In this document: positions 25,810 through 37,997 of the stretch, piece by piece
How positions within the stretch are numbered: the first letter of the stretch is position 1
Layout: every line of letters starts with the position of its first letter
Assembly (NCBI GenBank): GCA_951406725.2
Contig: OX597820.1
Coordinates: forward strand, 73,780,001-73,844,000
Reading direction: 5' to 3'
Origin: Octopus vulgaris
Taxonomy: Eukaryota
Length of the DNA stretch: 64,000 bases
Made by a program: the position numbers and the translations under genes
The notes under the pieces: model-generated
The model's database searches: none
What the model saw: only the letters and a program-made list of their open reading frames with translations
What the model was told of the DNA's origin: nothing

Positions 25810-26975
25810 GTATGGAAAACTTATTCCAGTCTTATATAACGTTTTAGAATTCTGTCTATGTTGAAAATATATTATCATCATCATCGTCTTTTTTATTATT
25901 ATATCCACTTCTTCATGTTTGCATGTATCAGATGGTCTTCTTCAACATAACAAGCTGTCACTTATTGTGTGTGTGTGTTTGTTTTTGTTCCTTTGTATTC
26001 TCCTTCATACGGTTCAGTGTCATAATTTTTACCTCTTTTATTACTGTTTTCCTTGGGCTTTCTCTTCCAACGTTGCCTTCCAGGGGCTAGAGTCTTCTAT
26101 TATAGCCCCAGATTGACCAAAGCCTTGTGAGTGAATTTGGTTGACAGAAACTAAAAGAAGCCCGTCATTGTGTGTGTGTGTATAAATATATATATAGAGA
26201 GTGAGTGAGTGAGAAATCTCTTAAGTGTTATCAAACCTGCCTCATGGTAATGTTGGCTTTTATCTCCATCTTAGAGATGTGTACCAACATTATATGTATG
26301 ATACATGTGTGTGTGTTGGGCAAGTGTCTGCTACTATAGCCTCGGGTGACAAAAGCCTTGTGAGTGTAATTGGTGAAGCCTGTCATATATACATATATAT
26401 GTGTGTGTGTTTGTGCGTCTATGTTTTTCTATGCCACCATTGCTTGACAACCGATGTTGGTATATTTACGTCCCTGTAAATTAACGGTTTGGCAAAAAAG
26501 AATGATAGAATAAGTACTAGACTTACAAAGTCCTGGGGTTGATTTGTTCAACTAAAAGTGGTACTCCACCATGGCCGCAGTCAAATGACTGAAACAAATA
26601 GAAGAATAAAAGAAAAGGATATATATATATATATATATATATATCCTTTATATATATAATGGACTCTACTGTGGAAGACACAAATGAACATTCAGTATTT
26701 GCCAAATGATGACCTGCACAAATGAATTGTTTTTAGTGATCAAATGTATGTGCCAACCATTAGTTCACTCTCTCCATTAGATTGATGCTGTTTGAATAGG
26801 TGCACTGTGTGCCACGCATCTGGTGTCAACGCAAGAGGAAGTACTTTGCTCAAGAACACAGCGCACCACCCAGTCTAGGAAATGTAACCACGATATGTAT
26901 ATATATATATATATGACTGAGTGCCTTCGCGTCGATTAGATTCGTTCCGTTTCGTTTCTTCTTCTTCTCCCAGTA

Positions 26976-27024
<49 letters not shown>

Positions 27025-27630
27025 TATGTGTTTGTGTGTGAGTGTGTATATGTATATGTGTCTTTGTTTTGACATAACTTAATAGTTAGAAATGGTTGTC
27101 AGTGCCATATATGTTGTGTCATTCATTTCCAATATTCTACAAAAATTGATTTGGCCATGGAGAAATATTACCTTGCATTGATACAATTGAAGGTTGGTGA
27201 CAGGAAGAGCATTTTGGCCATTGAAAATCTGCCTCAATAAATTCCATTTGACACATGCAAGTATGGGAAGGTGGCCATTAAACCAATGATGATGAAGTAA
27301 TTTCTGCAAAAAAACATAGATTATCTAGAGATAATAATGCCTATTTCTTTGTAAGAAACTGAAATTATTATTATTCCTGAAAGTTGGTACTTGTGCCATG
27401 TAAAAAGCACCCAGAACTCTCAGTAAAAAGCTGGTGTTTGGAAAGGCATCCAACTACAGAAGCCCAGCTGAAACAGACTGTGGAACCTCGTGCAGCCCCT
27501 GTGAAACCATCCAACTCATGCCAGCATGGAGAATGGACATTAACAGTTGATGATGTTGATGATAAAATTTATAGATATTTTTAACTAATTTAATTCTTCT
27601 GAAATAACATCTGTTTGTCTTATTTTCAAG

Positions 27631-27887
27631 CTGGAAATCCTCCAGCTTCTAGCAGAAATCAGTTACTCACAAGCCGCAATTACAATATCATTCTTGAAGT
27701 TGATCCTCATACTTGCCCTTTCCATCGTCAACTCAGGCAAATTGAAAGAGACTTAATCAAAAATCTTACAAAGACCAATAAGAAAGATAGAGTTACCAAT
27801 TCCTATATTCGTCAAGAAATTCCAGGAAGTTCAGCTGAATCATGTAGTAGAAGTGTTTATGATGTTATTTTAACACCAGACAAACAT
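27631..27887 (+). CDS. TERB1: TERB1 exon with TERB2-binding-like segment and TRF1-binding-like motif
   Basis: ttttcaag acceptor and CAT|gtaagt donor. LTSRNYNIILEVDPHTCPFHRQLRQIE resembles vertebrate LNSRNFSKLLHSCPYQCDRHKVI; the exon ends YDVILTPDKH. Confidence 0.9.
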
Positions 27888-28029
27888 GTAAGTCATTAAG
27901 CGTTTTTCATTTACACATTTTGATTAAGATTATAGCCCACTCTATTCATTATACACAGAATATGTGCATACCCTTGTATCTTGTCTACCTTCTTTTCAGC
28001 TACTTCCGTCCACCCTTATATAATACAGT

Positions 28030-28420
28030 GTAACCATGTATTTCCTCTCTATATAAAAATGAAAACAGAATGTAACAGGAGACAAAAAACATCCAGACAG
28101 TTAGACGATACGAAAAAGGGACAGGAAAAAACAAGGATGAGTCATTCGGAGCTTCCTATCCTCAGTCGAGTATCAGATTATCTTAGCAGTTTCGGCCGGT
28201 TACACTCGAGACTGCTCCAATCTGGCTGGCCCCAAGAAAATCTAAGCTAAGAGCACTAGACTCCTTGGAATAAAGCAAGTGAATATATACGAAAACAAAG
28301 ATGTAAAAAACGGAGAAATGCTACACAATTACAAATACAAACAACAGGTGTCTTTCGACTAAGGACGAATTAAATTAAGGTGGCGTGTGTGGAAGTGAAG
28401 CCTTACAGCAGGAACATAGA
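28030..28420 (-). mobile_element. probable Penelope-like element terminal-repeat remnant
   Basis: CpG-retaining insert with a CTGAGGA..GAA-type motif and CCGAAAC/TCGAAAG motifs on the - strand. It shares a TCATCCTTG block with the 8.9 kb remnant. Confidence 0.35.
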
Positions 28421-29153
28421 AGATGAAAGTCATGGGAAGGAATATGAGAGATGCTACATGGATGGTAGTTGAACCAAGAAAGAAAGGTCAGACTTGGCAG
28501 AACACCGGTCACGTGGAAGGAGAGGAGAGAGATAGGGGATAGAGGGATTGAAGAATTAGGGAGGGACGAGAAAGAGAGAAAAAGAAAGGAAAGGGACAGA
28601 GTGAGGGAAAAGAGGAGGGAAAGTGATGAGAATGAAGGGAAGGCCATAGCATGATACCTTTGCTTGTCCCTTTATCATTCTATAGCCTTTCAACACCTGG
28701 CATAACCCTGTCATCTTAATTACTTGCTCCACCTCCTACTCTACTTACTTAGTTGAGAAGGCTTTTTTTCTTTTGTTTGTTCTTTTCTTGTCTTGTATGT
28801 TACTCAGTGGCTTTAATAGTGGCATGAAAAAGGCACCACTTTCCATTACTCGGAGCACTCACTAAAGTGGTTGGCATTGGGAAGGGCATTGAACCACAGA
28901 AACTATACTGAAGCTGATGGTGCAGCTCGGTGTAGCCCTGGGGTATGCGTGATCCTCTCAAACCATCCAATCCAGGTCAACATTGAAAGCAAACATTAAA
29001 TGATGATGATGATGATGATAATGATGAAAGGGATGCACATCTTTAAAGTTGTCGCAGCAGATCAATCTAACCCCATGTTGGTTTAAAAGACAAACATTGA
29101 ACTTGTTAGGATAACTGATTGTTTTGTAGATGTTTGCTTGTATTCTTTTACAG

Positions 29154-29369
29154 AACATCACTCCACCAAATCGTCGTTCTCCTTTTTTATTAAAACACAA
29201 TGGCAACCAGTGTAGGAGAAAGCGTTTAGAATACTCAGAGGAAGAAGTTGAATATTTAAAAGATGGTGTGCTTAAAATGGGCAAGTCCTGGAATCAAATA
29301 CGACATGCTTATGCGTTTCACCCATCAAGAACAGCCGTAGACATCTACAATAAATACAAACAAATTAGG
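29154..29369 (+). CDS. TERB1: TERB1 exon, Myb domain 1 (TERB1-type)
   Basis: ttttacag acceptor and AGG|gtagga donor. RRKRLEYSEEEVEYLKDGVLKMGKSWNQIRHAYAFHPSRTAVDIYNKYKQI resembles TERB1 FTEEEVNYLFNGVKKMGNHWNSI...RKAVDLAHKY. Confidence 0.92.
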
Positions 29370-29590
29370 GTAGGACAGTTTTATGTGGTTTTGATATAAT
29401 TGTATTTTATAATGACATAGGTTCTCTTATAATGATGTATAGGTGCAGGCATGGCTGTGTGGTTAAGAAGCTTGCTTCTCATCCAAGTGGTTTTGAGTTC
29501 AATCCCACTCATAGCCAACCAAAACTATGTGATTGGATTTAGTAGATGGAAGCAGAAAAAGACTTGTGTGCATACACACACACACACACA

Positions 29591-30456
29591 CAGAGTGGCA
29601 ATAAAGTCACTATACAGTTACTTAGAATGACAATTTAAGACAAAGTAATTAATTGACTTTGGAAGGTTAGATGCGAATTCTCTGAAGCCCAGTAAGTGCA
29701 ATTGTGTCTGTTTACACTTCTAAAGAGCTTGAATTATGCTTCATCAGACCACACTTTATTGAGTGGAGTAAGTGTAACCTCACAATGATTAACAAAGATT
29801 TTGCAGAACTATAAACAAAGTTCTCCATTATCTTCAATTAATCCATGAATGAGTTGTGGTATATAAGGCTTGTAGTTTAATTCTTTCAGCATTATCTGAA
29901 GCGATCTTCTATTTATGCCCAAGTCTAGGGCATGGTGTCTTGTTGATTTACAAGGACTTTGTAATACTGATTCAACAACCAGATATTTGTTTTCTTCTGT
30001 GCAAGTCCTTTTTTGGCTGACCACAGCATGGAGAATCTAACACAGAGTCTGTGTTATTGAATTTAACCCTAATTTGATACATAGCCATTCATGTTGAAGG
30101 AGGTGTTTCAAATGTTTCCTGCCATTGCCTGATGGCATCTGCAGCATTTTCATGCTTCCAGTACCTTTCCAGAATGAATTGACGCTCACCTAAAGTCAGT
30201 TGGTGAGATATGATTAAAAATGACACTTGAGAACAAGCCGACAGGTATAACGCATTAAGTTAGATAACAGATTACGTAAACTTCTCTCATTGGTCAGATT
30301 AACTTCTGATAAGCTACAATTATAAACCAACTTTGATGATTTATAAGCTACAGTCGTGAACCAGTTTCTGTGTCGTGTGTATTGCTTTACTTCTCTTCCG
30401 ATTCTGCTTTGCTTTTTTATCATAAGTAACTGTATAGTGACTTTTTTGCCACCCTG
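29591..30456 (-). mobile_element. internally deleted Tc1/mariner-superfamily transposon
   Basis: About 34-bp TIRs CAGAGTGGCAATAAAGTCACTATACAGTTACTTA and TAAGTAACTGTATAGTGACTTTTTTGCCACCCTG+TA. Transposase N-terminal remnant QSPCKSTRHHALDLGINRRSLQIMLKELNYKPY. Confidence 0.85.
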
Positions 30457-30459
30457 TAT

Positions 30460-30690
30460 GGCGGTGAGCTGGCAGAACCGTTAGCATGCCGGGCGAAATG
30501 CATAGCTGTATTTTGTCTGCCGTTACGTTCTGAGTTCAAATTCCGCCGAGGTCGACTTTGCTTTTCATCCTTTCAGGGTCGATAAAATTAAGTACCAGTT
30601 ACTCACTGGGGTTGATGTAATTGACTTAATCCCTTTGTCTGTGCTTGTTTGTTCCCTCTATGTTTAGCCCCTTGTGGGTAATAAACATAT
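30460..30690 (+). mobile_element. SINE family B copy
   Basis: Near-complete copy from GGCGGTGAGCTGGCAG to TTTAGCCCCTTGTGGG. Confidence 0.85.
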
Positions 30691-31384
30691 ATATAGGATT
30701 TTTACAGACAAAGGGGACAAAGATCTTGGTCTTTTTATTTTTATTTTATTTTTTCTTGTCACATTTTCTGCATCAATCTTCTTAGCATTTTCTTCCCATT
30801 TTCTCTCATGTATCCTCATAGACCAGTATTCTGGTTATCAAATAGGTGTATTGGTATGCACTGAGCCTAAAAGATCGCTTGGAGATATATGGCATGTTAT
30901 ATAAATTTGCCAAATTATTGTTTCACTACAGCATGAAACTATTAGTAGCTGTCTTTTAAAAATTCTTTGTATATTAAAGTGTATTTATCTTTCACTGGAT
31001 AGAGTACTTTTTTTGTTGATCTTAGCTTGGGGTTAGGAGGGCCATCCAGCTGTAAAATCCAATCCAAATCAGATTATGGAACCTGGTGTGGCACCTGGCC
31101 TTGCCAGTTCCCATCAGGCTGTCCAACACATGCCAGCAAGGAAAACAGATGCTAAATGTTGATGATGATATGTATATAGAGAGATACACATTCACTTTGC
31201 ACACATGCTTATATGTGCAAACATGTATGTATATTTGGGTATGTATGTGTGTATGCATGTGAATGTATGTATGTATGTCTGTTTATACAATTATTAACAT
31301 ACAAGTGTAAACATGCTTGTGCATGCACATTTATGGGTATATTTACATTTTTGGCTGCTTAACATGCAGTCTGTTTGAAAACCA

Positions 31385-31846
31385 TACATTATTTGTAAGG
31401 TTATTTCTTACAGATATTCTACAGAAATTATAGACAGAACTGAATTTGTGCTACAATGTTTCGTATCGGGACATCAGATGTAAATAAACAATGTGATCAG
31501 AGACAAAAGTGGCTAATGAGTGTATATGCCATATTTTGGGGGTTGTTTCCCCTTCATCAGCACTCATCTAACCCATTCTCACCTCCAAACACATTGCTTA
31601 TATACCCACAACATACAGCAGTGTTAAGTTATTGGATACACCAATTTACATATTAGACACATTCCTGGAGCTGTCGCATAAAGACTAATGATCTGTAGGT
31701 ACATGGTACTTCGTTATGCAAACACAATATACTATGAACTATATATACCCGCTTTTGTCTCTGATCACATTGTCTGTTTACATCTGACATCTCGATACAA
31801 AACATTGTAGCAAAAATCAGTAAGAAGCAACCTTAAAAATAATGTA
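31385..31846. mobile_element. MITE with about 100-bp degenerate inverted arms
   Basis: GCTACAATGTTTCGTATCGGGACATCAGATGTAAATAAACAATGTGATCAGAGACAAAAG is mirrored at about 31750-31810. Termini are TACATTATT and AATAATGTA. Confidence 0.7.
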
Positions 31847-32700
31847 ACAAGCACTGCTGATGCAGTAGGACGTGGTGCTGACTTATAAAAAGCATCTAGT
31901 ATACTTTATAGTATATTGTGTTTGCATCACCAAATCTATAAACCTTTAATGTATGTTTTATTTTTGGTTTGATCTTACTCTGGAAATAATTTTAATTTAC
32001 TCTGTATATAGAAGAAAGTTCTCAGATTTCAAATGAATTTCTTATGTATCACCCATAAAACCCTTGGCTTTTGAATCACTTTTGTAACTTACTGTCAACT
32101 AAAAGATAATATTAAAATGTGTGTATGTGTGTGATCATCATTTGAACATCCACTTTCCCATACGTCTCTGAATTGGACAGAAAATTATTGAGCGGATTTT
32201 TTACAACCAGATGCTATTCCTGTTTCCAAGTACCATATTACCATGGAATGTTTGAAATGAATGACTGCTTGTATTTAAGTGATACTTATACCAATCACAT
32301 GCATGTATATATCATCATCATCATTTAATGTCCATTTTCTATGCTGGTTTGGGTTGGACAGTTTGACAGAGGCTGGCTAGGCAGAAGAATGTTCTAGGCT
32401 TCACTGTTTATATATACATTGACAGGTTTCTTTCAGTTTCTTTCTACGAAATCCATTCATGAGACTGGTCAACCTGAGAACATAGTAAAAGACACTTGCC
32501 CGAGGTACTACGTAGGGGGATGGAATCCAAAACTATGTGGTTGGGAAGCAAACTTTTTACCAGATACGCATGCCTGCAACTATATATATATATATATATA
32601 TATAAATTCAAAGTGGCTGAAGATTAGCATCATGCTTGAAACTTGGAGTACCAGCGAATTTGAATTAAACTGTTTTGATCCATACATACTGTATATATAT

Positions 32701-33094
32701 CAGGCACGTGCCATCAGTAATTACTCAAGGTAGGCAGTTGGTGATGTTTATGTTGTAAAACACACAAAAAAGTAAGCGAAACACAGGCATGCGATTGAGT
32801 TTTAGGCAGATTTACTTCTGCCTTTATAGTGCGTAAAGAAAACATTGTTGTAGGAATGTACACAGCAGTTCTATGCATAATTTTAATACTGAGATTGAAA
32901 GGCAGGGGCAAATTATGCCTACCTAATCTACAAAGAAATAAAATATTTTGTATTTTATGCAGAGTAATCAGAGTAACCTTGATAATTTTATTGAATTAGG
33001 TGCATATTTTGCCATAAAAGGAAAATATTACTATCAATCTATTTTATTCAGGGTAGGCACTGCCTACCTTGCCTACCCAGTTGACACGTCCCTG
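32701..33094. mobile_element. hAT-like MITE
   Basis: Termini CAGGCACGTG and CACGTCCCTG, internal GGTAGGCA/TGCCTACC repeats, and ATATATAT on both flanks. Confidence 0.65.
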
Positions 33095-33321
33095 ATATAT
33101 ATTTATATATAAGTAAATTAGAGGATATATTAACCTCTTAAAGGGATGATTACATTCAAGAACACACTGGTTCTATACCTTATATCTTTAGGAAATAAAA
33201 TTTCTCTATATCAATATATTGAATTGATAATCATTTCTTCCTATAGCTTTAGGAAGAAATGATTATCAATTTATTAACAATAAATAATTATTAACCACTA
33301 ACTCACCATTTTCTTCTCTTG

Positions 33322-33355
<34 letters not shown>

Positions 33356-33625
33356 TAGTAAGGATTCAGGATAGAATCAGGTACTTAAATGGTTGGGTGT
33401 TATCACCTGTTATTTATTTATTTGCTATATATATATGTAATCAATATCTTCATCGCCATCATCATCATTATCATCTTTTAACATCTCTCTTCTTTGCTTG
33501 CGTTGGTTTGACAGTTTGACAGGTTCTGATGAGACAGAGAACTGCATCATACTCCATCTAATACCTGCCTTAGTATGGTTTCTAAAGCTGGATGCCATTT
33601 CTAATGGCAACTACTTGATAGCGTG

Positions 33626-33842
33626 TACCGTCTTTTCATGCATACAAGTCAATGTTGTATATATAGTCAAAACATGTAGAGTAAACATTCTCACGTCCCT
33701 ATCTTTCAAAGCCTCCTACATTTCACATGGAGTTTTTAGACCTCCAAGGTCATCTTGGTGTATAAATTGCCCTAGCGTTTTTTTTTTTTTGGCCGTAAAT
33801 TGTGGTCTGAAAAATTTGACTTGTATGCTGTAAAATATGGTA
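33626..33842. mobile_element. pogo/Tigger-like MITE
   Basis: Termini TACCGTCTTTTCATGCATACAAGTC and GACTTGTATGCTGTAAAATATGGTA. Confidence 0.6.
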
Positions 33843-34540
33843 CATATATGTGTGTGTATATTTGTGTGCATGTGTATATAAACATATATATATATATATT
33901 TACATACACAGGTGCAGGAGTGGCTGTGTGGTAAGATGCTTGCTCCCCAACCACATGGTTGGCACCTCGGGCAAGTGTCTTCTACTATAGCCCCTCGGCC
34001 GACCAAAGCCTTGTGAGTGGATTTGGTAGATAGAAACTGAAAGAAGCCCATGGTGCATGTATGTATTTATGCATCTGTATTTGTCCCCCCACCATCGCTT
34101 GACAACTGATGTTGGTGTGTTTATGTCCCTGTAACTTACCAGTTTGGCAAAAGAATACAAGGCTTACAAAGAATAAGTCGTGGGGTTGATTTGTTTGACT
34201 AAAGGCGGTGCTCCAGCTTGGCCGCAGTCAAACAAGCGGCAGTACAGAATTGAAACAATCAAAAAAAAGCTTAACTTCTCAGAGAATATATATATGTTAA
34301 GCAAAATATAAGTTAGAGGTTATGCAACCATCTAAGGGATAGATGTATCCGTAGGCACTCCTGGTGTATTACCTTACTATATATAGTCCTAGCTATAAGG
34401 TATACAGTAGTAAGTAATTTAAAGGTAAAACCATGGTTTAATATATATGAAAAAGAAAAGAAATGGAGCAATAATTAACAATGAGAAGTTGATTATTGGT
34501 ATTAAAAAGTCATTAATGAATTATTGCTCCATTTCTTTTC

Positions 34541-34723
34541 TGTGGCTGTGTGATAAGTAGCTTGCTTACAAACCACATGGTTCCGGGTTCAGTCCCACTG
34601 CCTGGCACCTTGGGCAAGTGGCTTCTACTATAGCCTTGGGCCGACCAAAGTGTTGTGAGTGGATTTAGAAGACGGAAACTGAAAGAAGCCCGTCGTCTAT
34701 GTATGTATGTATATATATATATG

Positions 34724-34754
<31 letters not shown>

Positions 34755-34960
34755 TTATATATTTGTGTGTCTGTGTTTGTCCACCCAACATCGCTTGACA
34801 ACCAATGGTGTGTGTTTATGTCCCTGTCACTTAGCAGTTTGGTAAGAGAGACCGATAGAATAAGTACTTGGCTTACAAAGAATAAGTCTGGGGTCGATTT
34901 GCTCGACTAAAGGTGGTGCTCCAGCATGGCCGCAGTCAAATGACTGAAACAAATAAAAGA
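34541..34960 (+). mobile_element. SINE family A copy (another at 33909-34235)
   Basis: Near-complete copy. Confidence 0.85.
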
Positions 34961-35273
34961 ATATATATATGCACTTGCTTTTGTGTGTGTGTGTGTGTGT
35001 GTAGATACATATATATATACGCACGTGTGTGTGCCCTCGCGCACATTTGTGTGTGCTTATACATGCATCGACATGAGTTTCTATATAATTTCCGTTTATC
35101 AAATTCTGCTTACAAGGCATTGCTTATCAGTTATAAGATTGTATTCTTGTTTTGTTTTATAATTTTGAATATGAAAAACAAAAAAATAGTCTAAACTTTC
35201 ACTAACCAAAAAAAAAAAAAAATCTGATTAAATTGTTTATTTACAAAAAAAATAATCTAATAAACATTTTCAG

Positions 35274-35468
35274 AAAAGTTCTTGTGATAAAAGACCTGAA
35301 CAGAAAACTAAAAAGAAAAATGATTTCTCAATATGTGAAATGAGGAGACTGAGAAGGGGAGTTAGGAAATATGGTTGCAACTGGACACAGATTTTAAAAT
35401 CCTTTGAATTTTCTCCAAAGAAAACTCCTGAAGATTTGCGTAATAAATGGAGGGTTATGAACAGGTAG
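35274..35468 (+). CDS. TERB1: TERB1 terminal exon, second telobox-like Myb domain
   Basis: ttttcag acceptor in phase 0, matching the previous donor. Encodes KSSCDKRPEQKTKKKNDFSICEMRRLRRGVRKYGCNWTQILKSFEFSPKKTPEDLRNKWRVMNR* and is followed by AATAAA at 35548. Confidence 0.82.
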   Translation, partial: KSSCDKRPEQKTKKKNDFSICEMRRLRRGVRKYGCNWTQILKSFEFSPKKTPEDLRNKWRVMNR

Positions 35469-37079
35469 CATCTTTTAAATTATCAATGTGTTTAAGTTAT
35501 TAATCAGCCAGTTGATTTCTAAAAGTATATTTTTCAAGATGAAATTCAATAAAGTTAATGAATATTTTGTTTGTTTTTTGTTGTATGCAGAGTCATTTTG
35601 TTATTCAGTTTCTGAGTAGAGACATTGATTGGATACAAAATCCAACCAATGGTAGCCTATAATCCTTCAAAATGTCCCTGGTACCATTTGGTATGTGGTC
35701 ATCCAGAACAAGCAGTCAACCCAGCTGGATCTTCAGTGAAGAGGATACAGTAAGCATGTTCTAACTCAGAAAATCAAGCACTCATGACCAAAGAGTTTGA
35801 GCAGGCTTCTTGGAGGTGGCTCCTAAGGGTCCCAGACATGTGGTTGGACCTATATTACATGCTTTGACCCATTACCTTTCTGATTACTCAGTTAAATGTA
35901 AAGCTCATTTAGTTACATTTAAAAAAAGAAAAATTAACCATGCATTCTCATAGCTTTGAGATTTAGAATGACATTGTAGGGTAGGTGTGAGATGTTAGAT
36001 ATGGCTAGTTTGAACATAAAATGGATTGATTATTTGGTTCAAATATGGCCAGTTTAAATGCTAAAGGATTAATATGTAGGAAAGAAATCTTTTTCTGTAT
36101 GTGCACTGCTGAAATTTATGCGCATCTGATATGCCTGTGTGTCCTTTATTCCCTCAAATATGGTATTTTTCTAATAGAAAAGATAAGTGGATCTGATATC
36201 TTTAGATAATTCTTTAAATCCATCTTTATTTATCACAAATAATAAAAACATTTAAAATATTTCAATAACTGTTTGAGTCCATGATTAGGGAAGTTTATCA
36301 CGCTACATATGCTCAATTAAATATCAGTGAACTTATCTGCAATTAATGTATCAAAGTCACATTCTCGTTGATTTCTTCTTTTTGTTCACAATTAGAAATT
36401 TAACATGATTTCATCACACTTGATGCTTCATTATATCTAATCCACAAGCATTATTGAACATCTTCATTCTTGGCCAGTTATTGTAAGGGAGATAATCATT
36501 TCTAGATAAATCTTGCCAGGATTATTTGAATTCTAACCCTTTCAGACCTAGGCTGACTTTTCCTTCCACCTGGGCTCCAAAGCAAAAAAATCAATAGTTG
36601 CATATACAGCTCAAGAGTAATGATTGCAGACAAACTAATGGACAGAGTTTGGTGTATTTTCTTTTTCTATGTGTATTGTGCATAAGTTTTATCAAGAATC
36701 TGACAGAGATGACATGTAACCTATTTCTGCAATAGCAGGAGTATGGCATGACGAGGTTGTAAAAATAAAACTTTTCCAACTTCAGTTTTAACAAAGGAAA
36801 CACTTTCCTTTCAGCCCTTTTGATACCAACGTGGCTCTGTAGTACAAATGTCTTGTTTTCAAAAGTTCTGAATTAAAATCTTTCACTAAACCTTATTCAC
36901 AATTAATGATCCTAATACTAGCTTAATGATAACCAAGTTATTTTACTAAAATTCTTTGTTATATTTAAAATTAAATGAAAGAAATATAGAACATCTCAAC
37001 AGAAATGTGGTAATAAAAGGTTTAACGAGACTGTAGACTATAACACAACAAAAAAGATGTTTGAGATTCATGCTCTCTA

Positions 37080-37232
37080 CTATTATCTCTGCCTTAACGA
37101 AGGCAGAGGTATTGTTTTCAGTTATGTTTGTTTGTCCTTGGACAAGACATTTCAAGAACCGCTGGGTTGATACAGATGAAGCCTTCAGGGATGTTTGGTC
37201 TCACGACTGGCACAAACTGATTAGATTTTGGG
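37080..37232 (+). mobile_element. Helentron/HINE-like fragment
   Basis: TTATCTCTGCCTTAACGAAGGCAGAGG hairpin followed by TGTTTGTTTGTCC and GATTAGATTTTGG, an arrangement typical of DINE-1/HINE-type elements. Confidence 0.45.
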
Positions 37233-37997
37233 ATGTTGGTGTGTTTACGCCCCCATAACTTAGCGGTTTGGCAAAAGAGACCAACAGAATAAGTCCTGGG
37301 GTCGATTTCCTCGACTAAAGGCGGTGCTGCAGCATGGCCGCAGTCAAATGACTGAAACAAGTAAAAGAGTAAAAAAAGAGTAAACTAAATTATCACTCGT
37401 CAGACATGTTTCTGACACATCCCAAGTCCTTATGTTTTAACAACACTCACTAAAACAAAACACAAAGTAAATATTAATAGACATGTTTATTTATTTATTA
37501 AATAGCATATTTATATATACAACGTAATAATACAAAATGTTATGTCTTGTTTATGAATAACTCAGTTTAATGGGAGGGCATCAAGGACATGTTAAATGTT
37601 TAGGTTGGCTGGATGTAAATCTCGGAGGAATGGGTCAATTAGTTCTCTGTTCTTCAGTCTTCATTTATTAAACGCATCATTTATTTTTTTTAAAAAAAGC
37701 ACATAACCATCAAACTGATTTGTTTTCTTTTTTTCTGACCTCTCTCCACTTCTTTACAATGTGAAAGTAAAGTAATAATAATTTCTTACATTTGTGTTCA
37801 TTCAGGTCAAACACGTTCACTAAACTCATCATACCAATTCTGAAAGTCTGTAAGAATCCTTGAGACTATTTTTGTTCTGTAATTAGTAATAAGTTTGTCA
37901 CCATGTTAGATATAGTTTGTAGGCTTAAAAATACATCTTGCTTAAGCTTCAAAACTTTCATGAAAAAATTAATATAATATTTACCCATTATTTTTCA

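Noticed and set aside
35463-35470. Alternative donor AG|gtagca that would extend TERB1 past Myb2
   Set aside because: An in-frame TAG follows the completed domain, AATAAA lies 80 nt downstream, and no further exon was found before the convergent gene.
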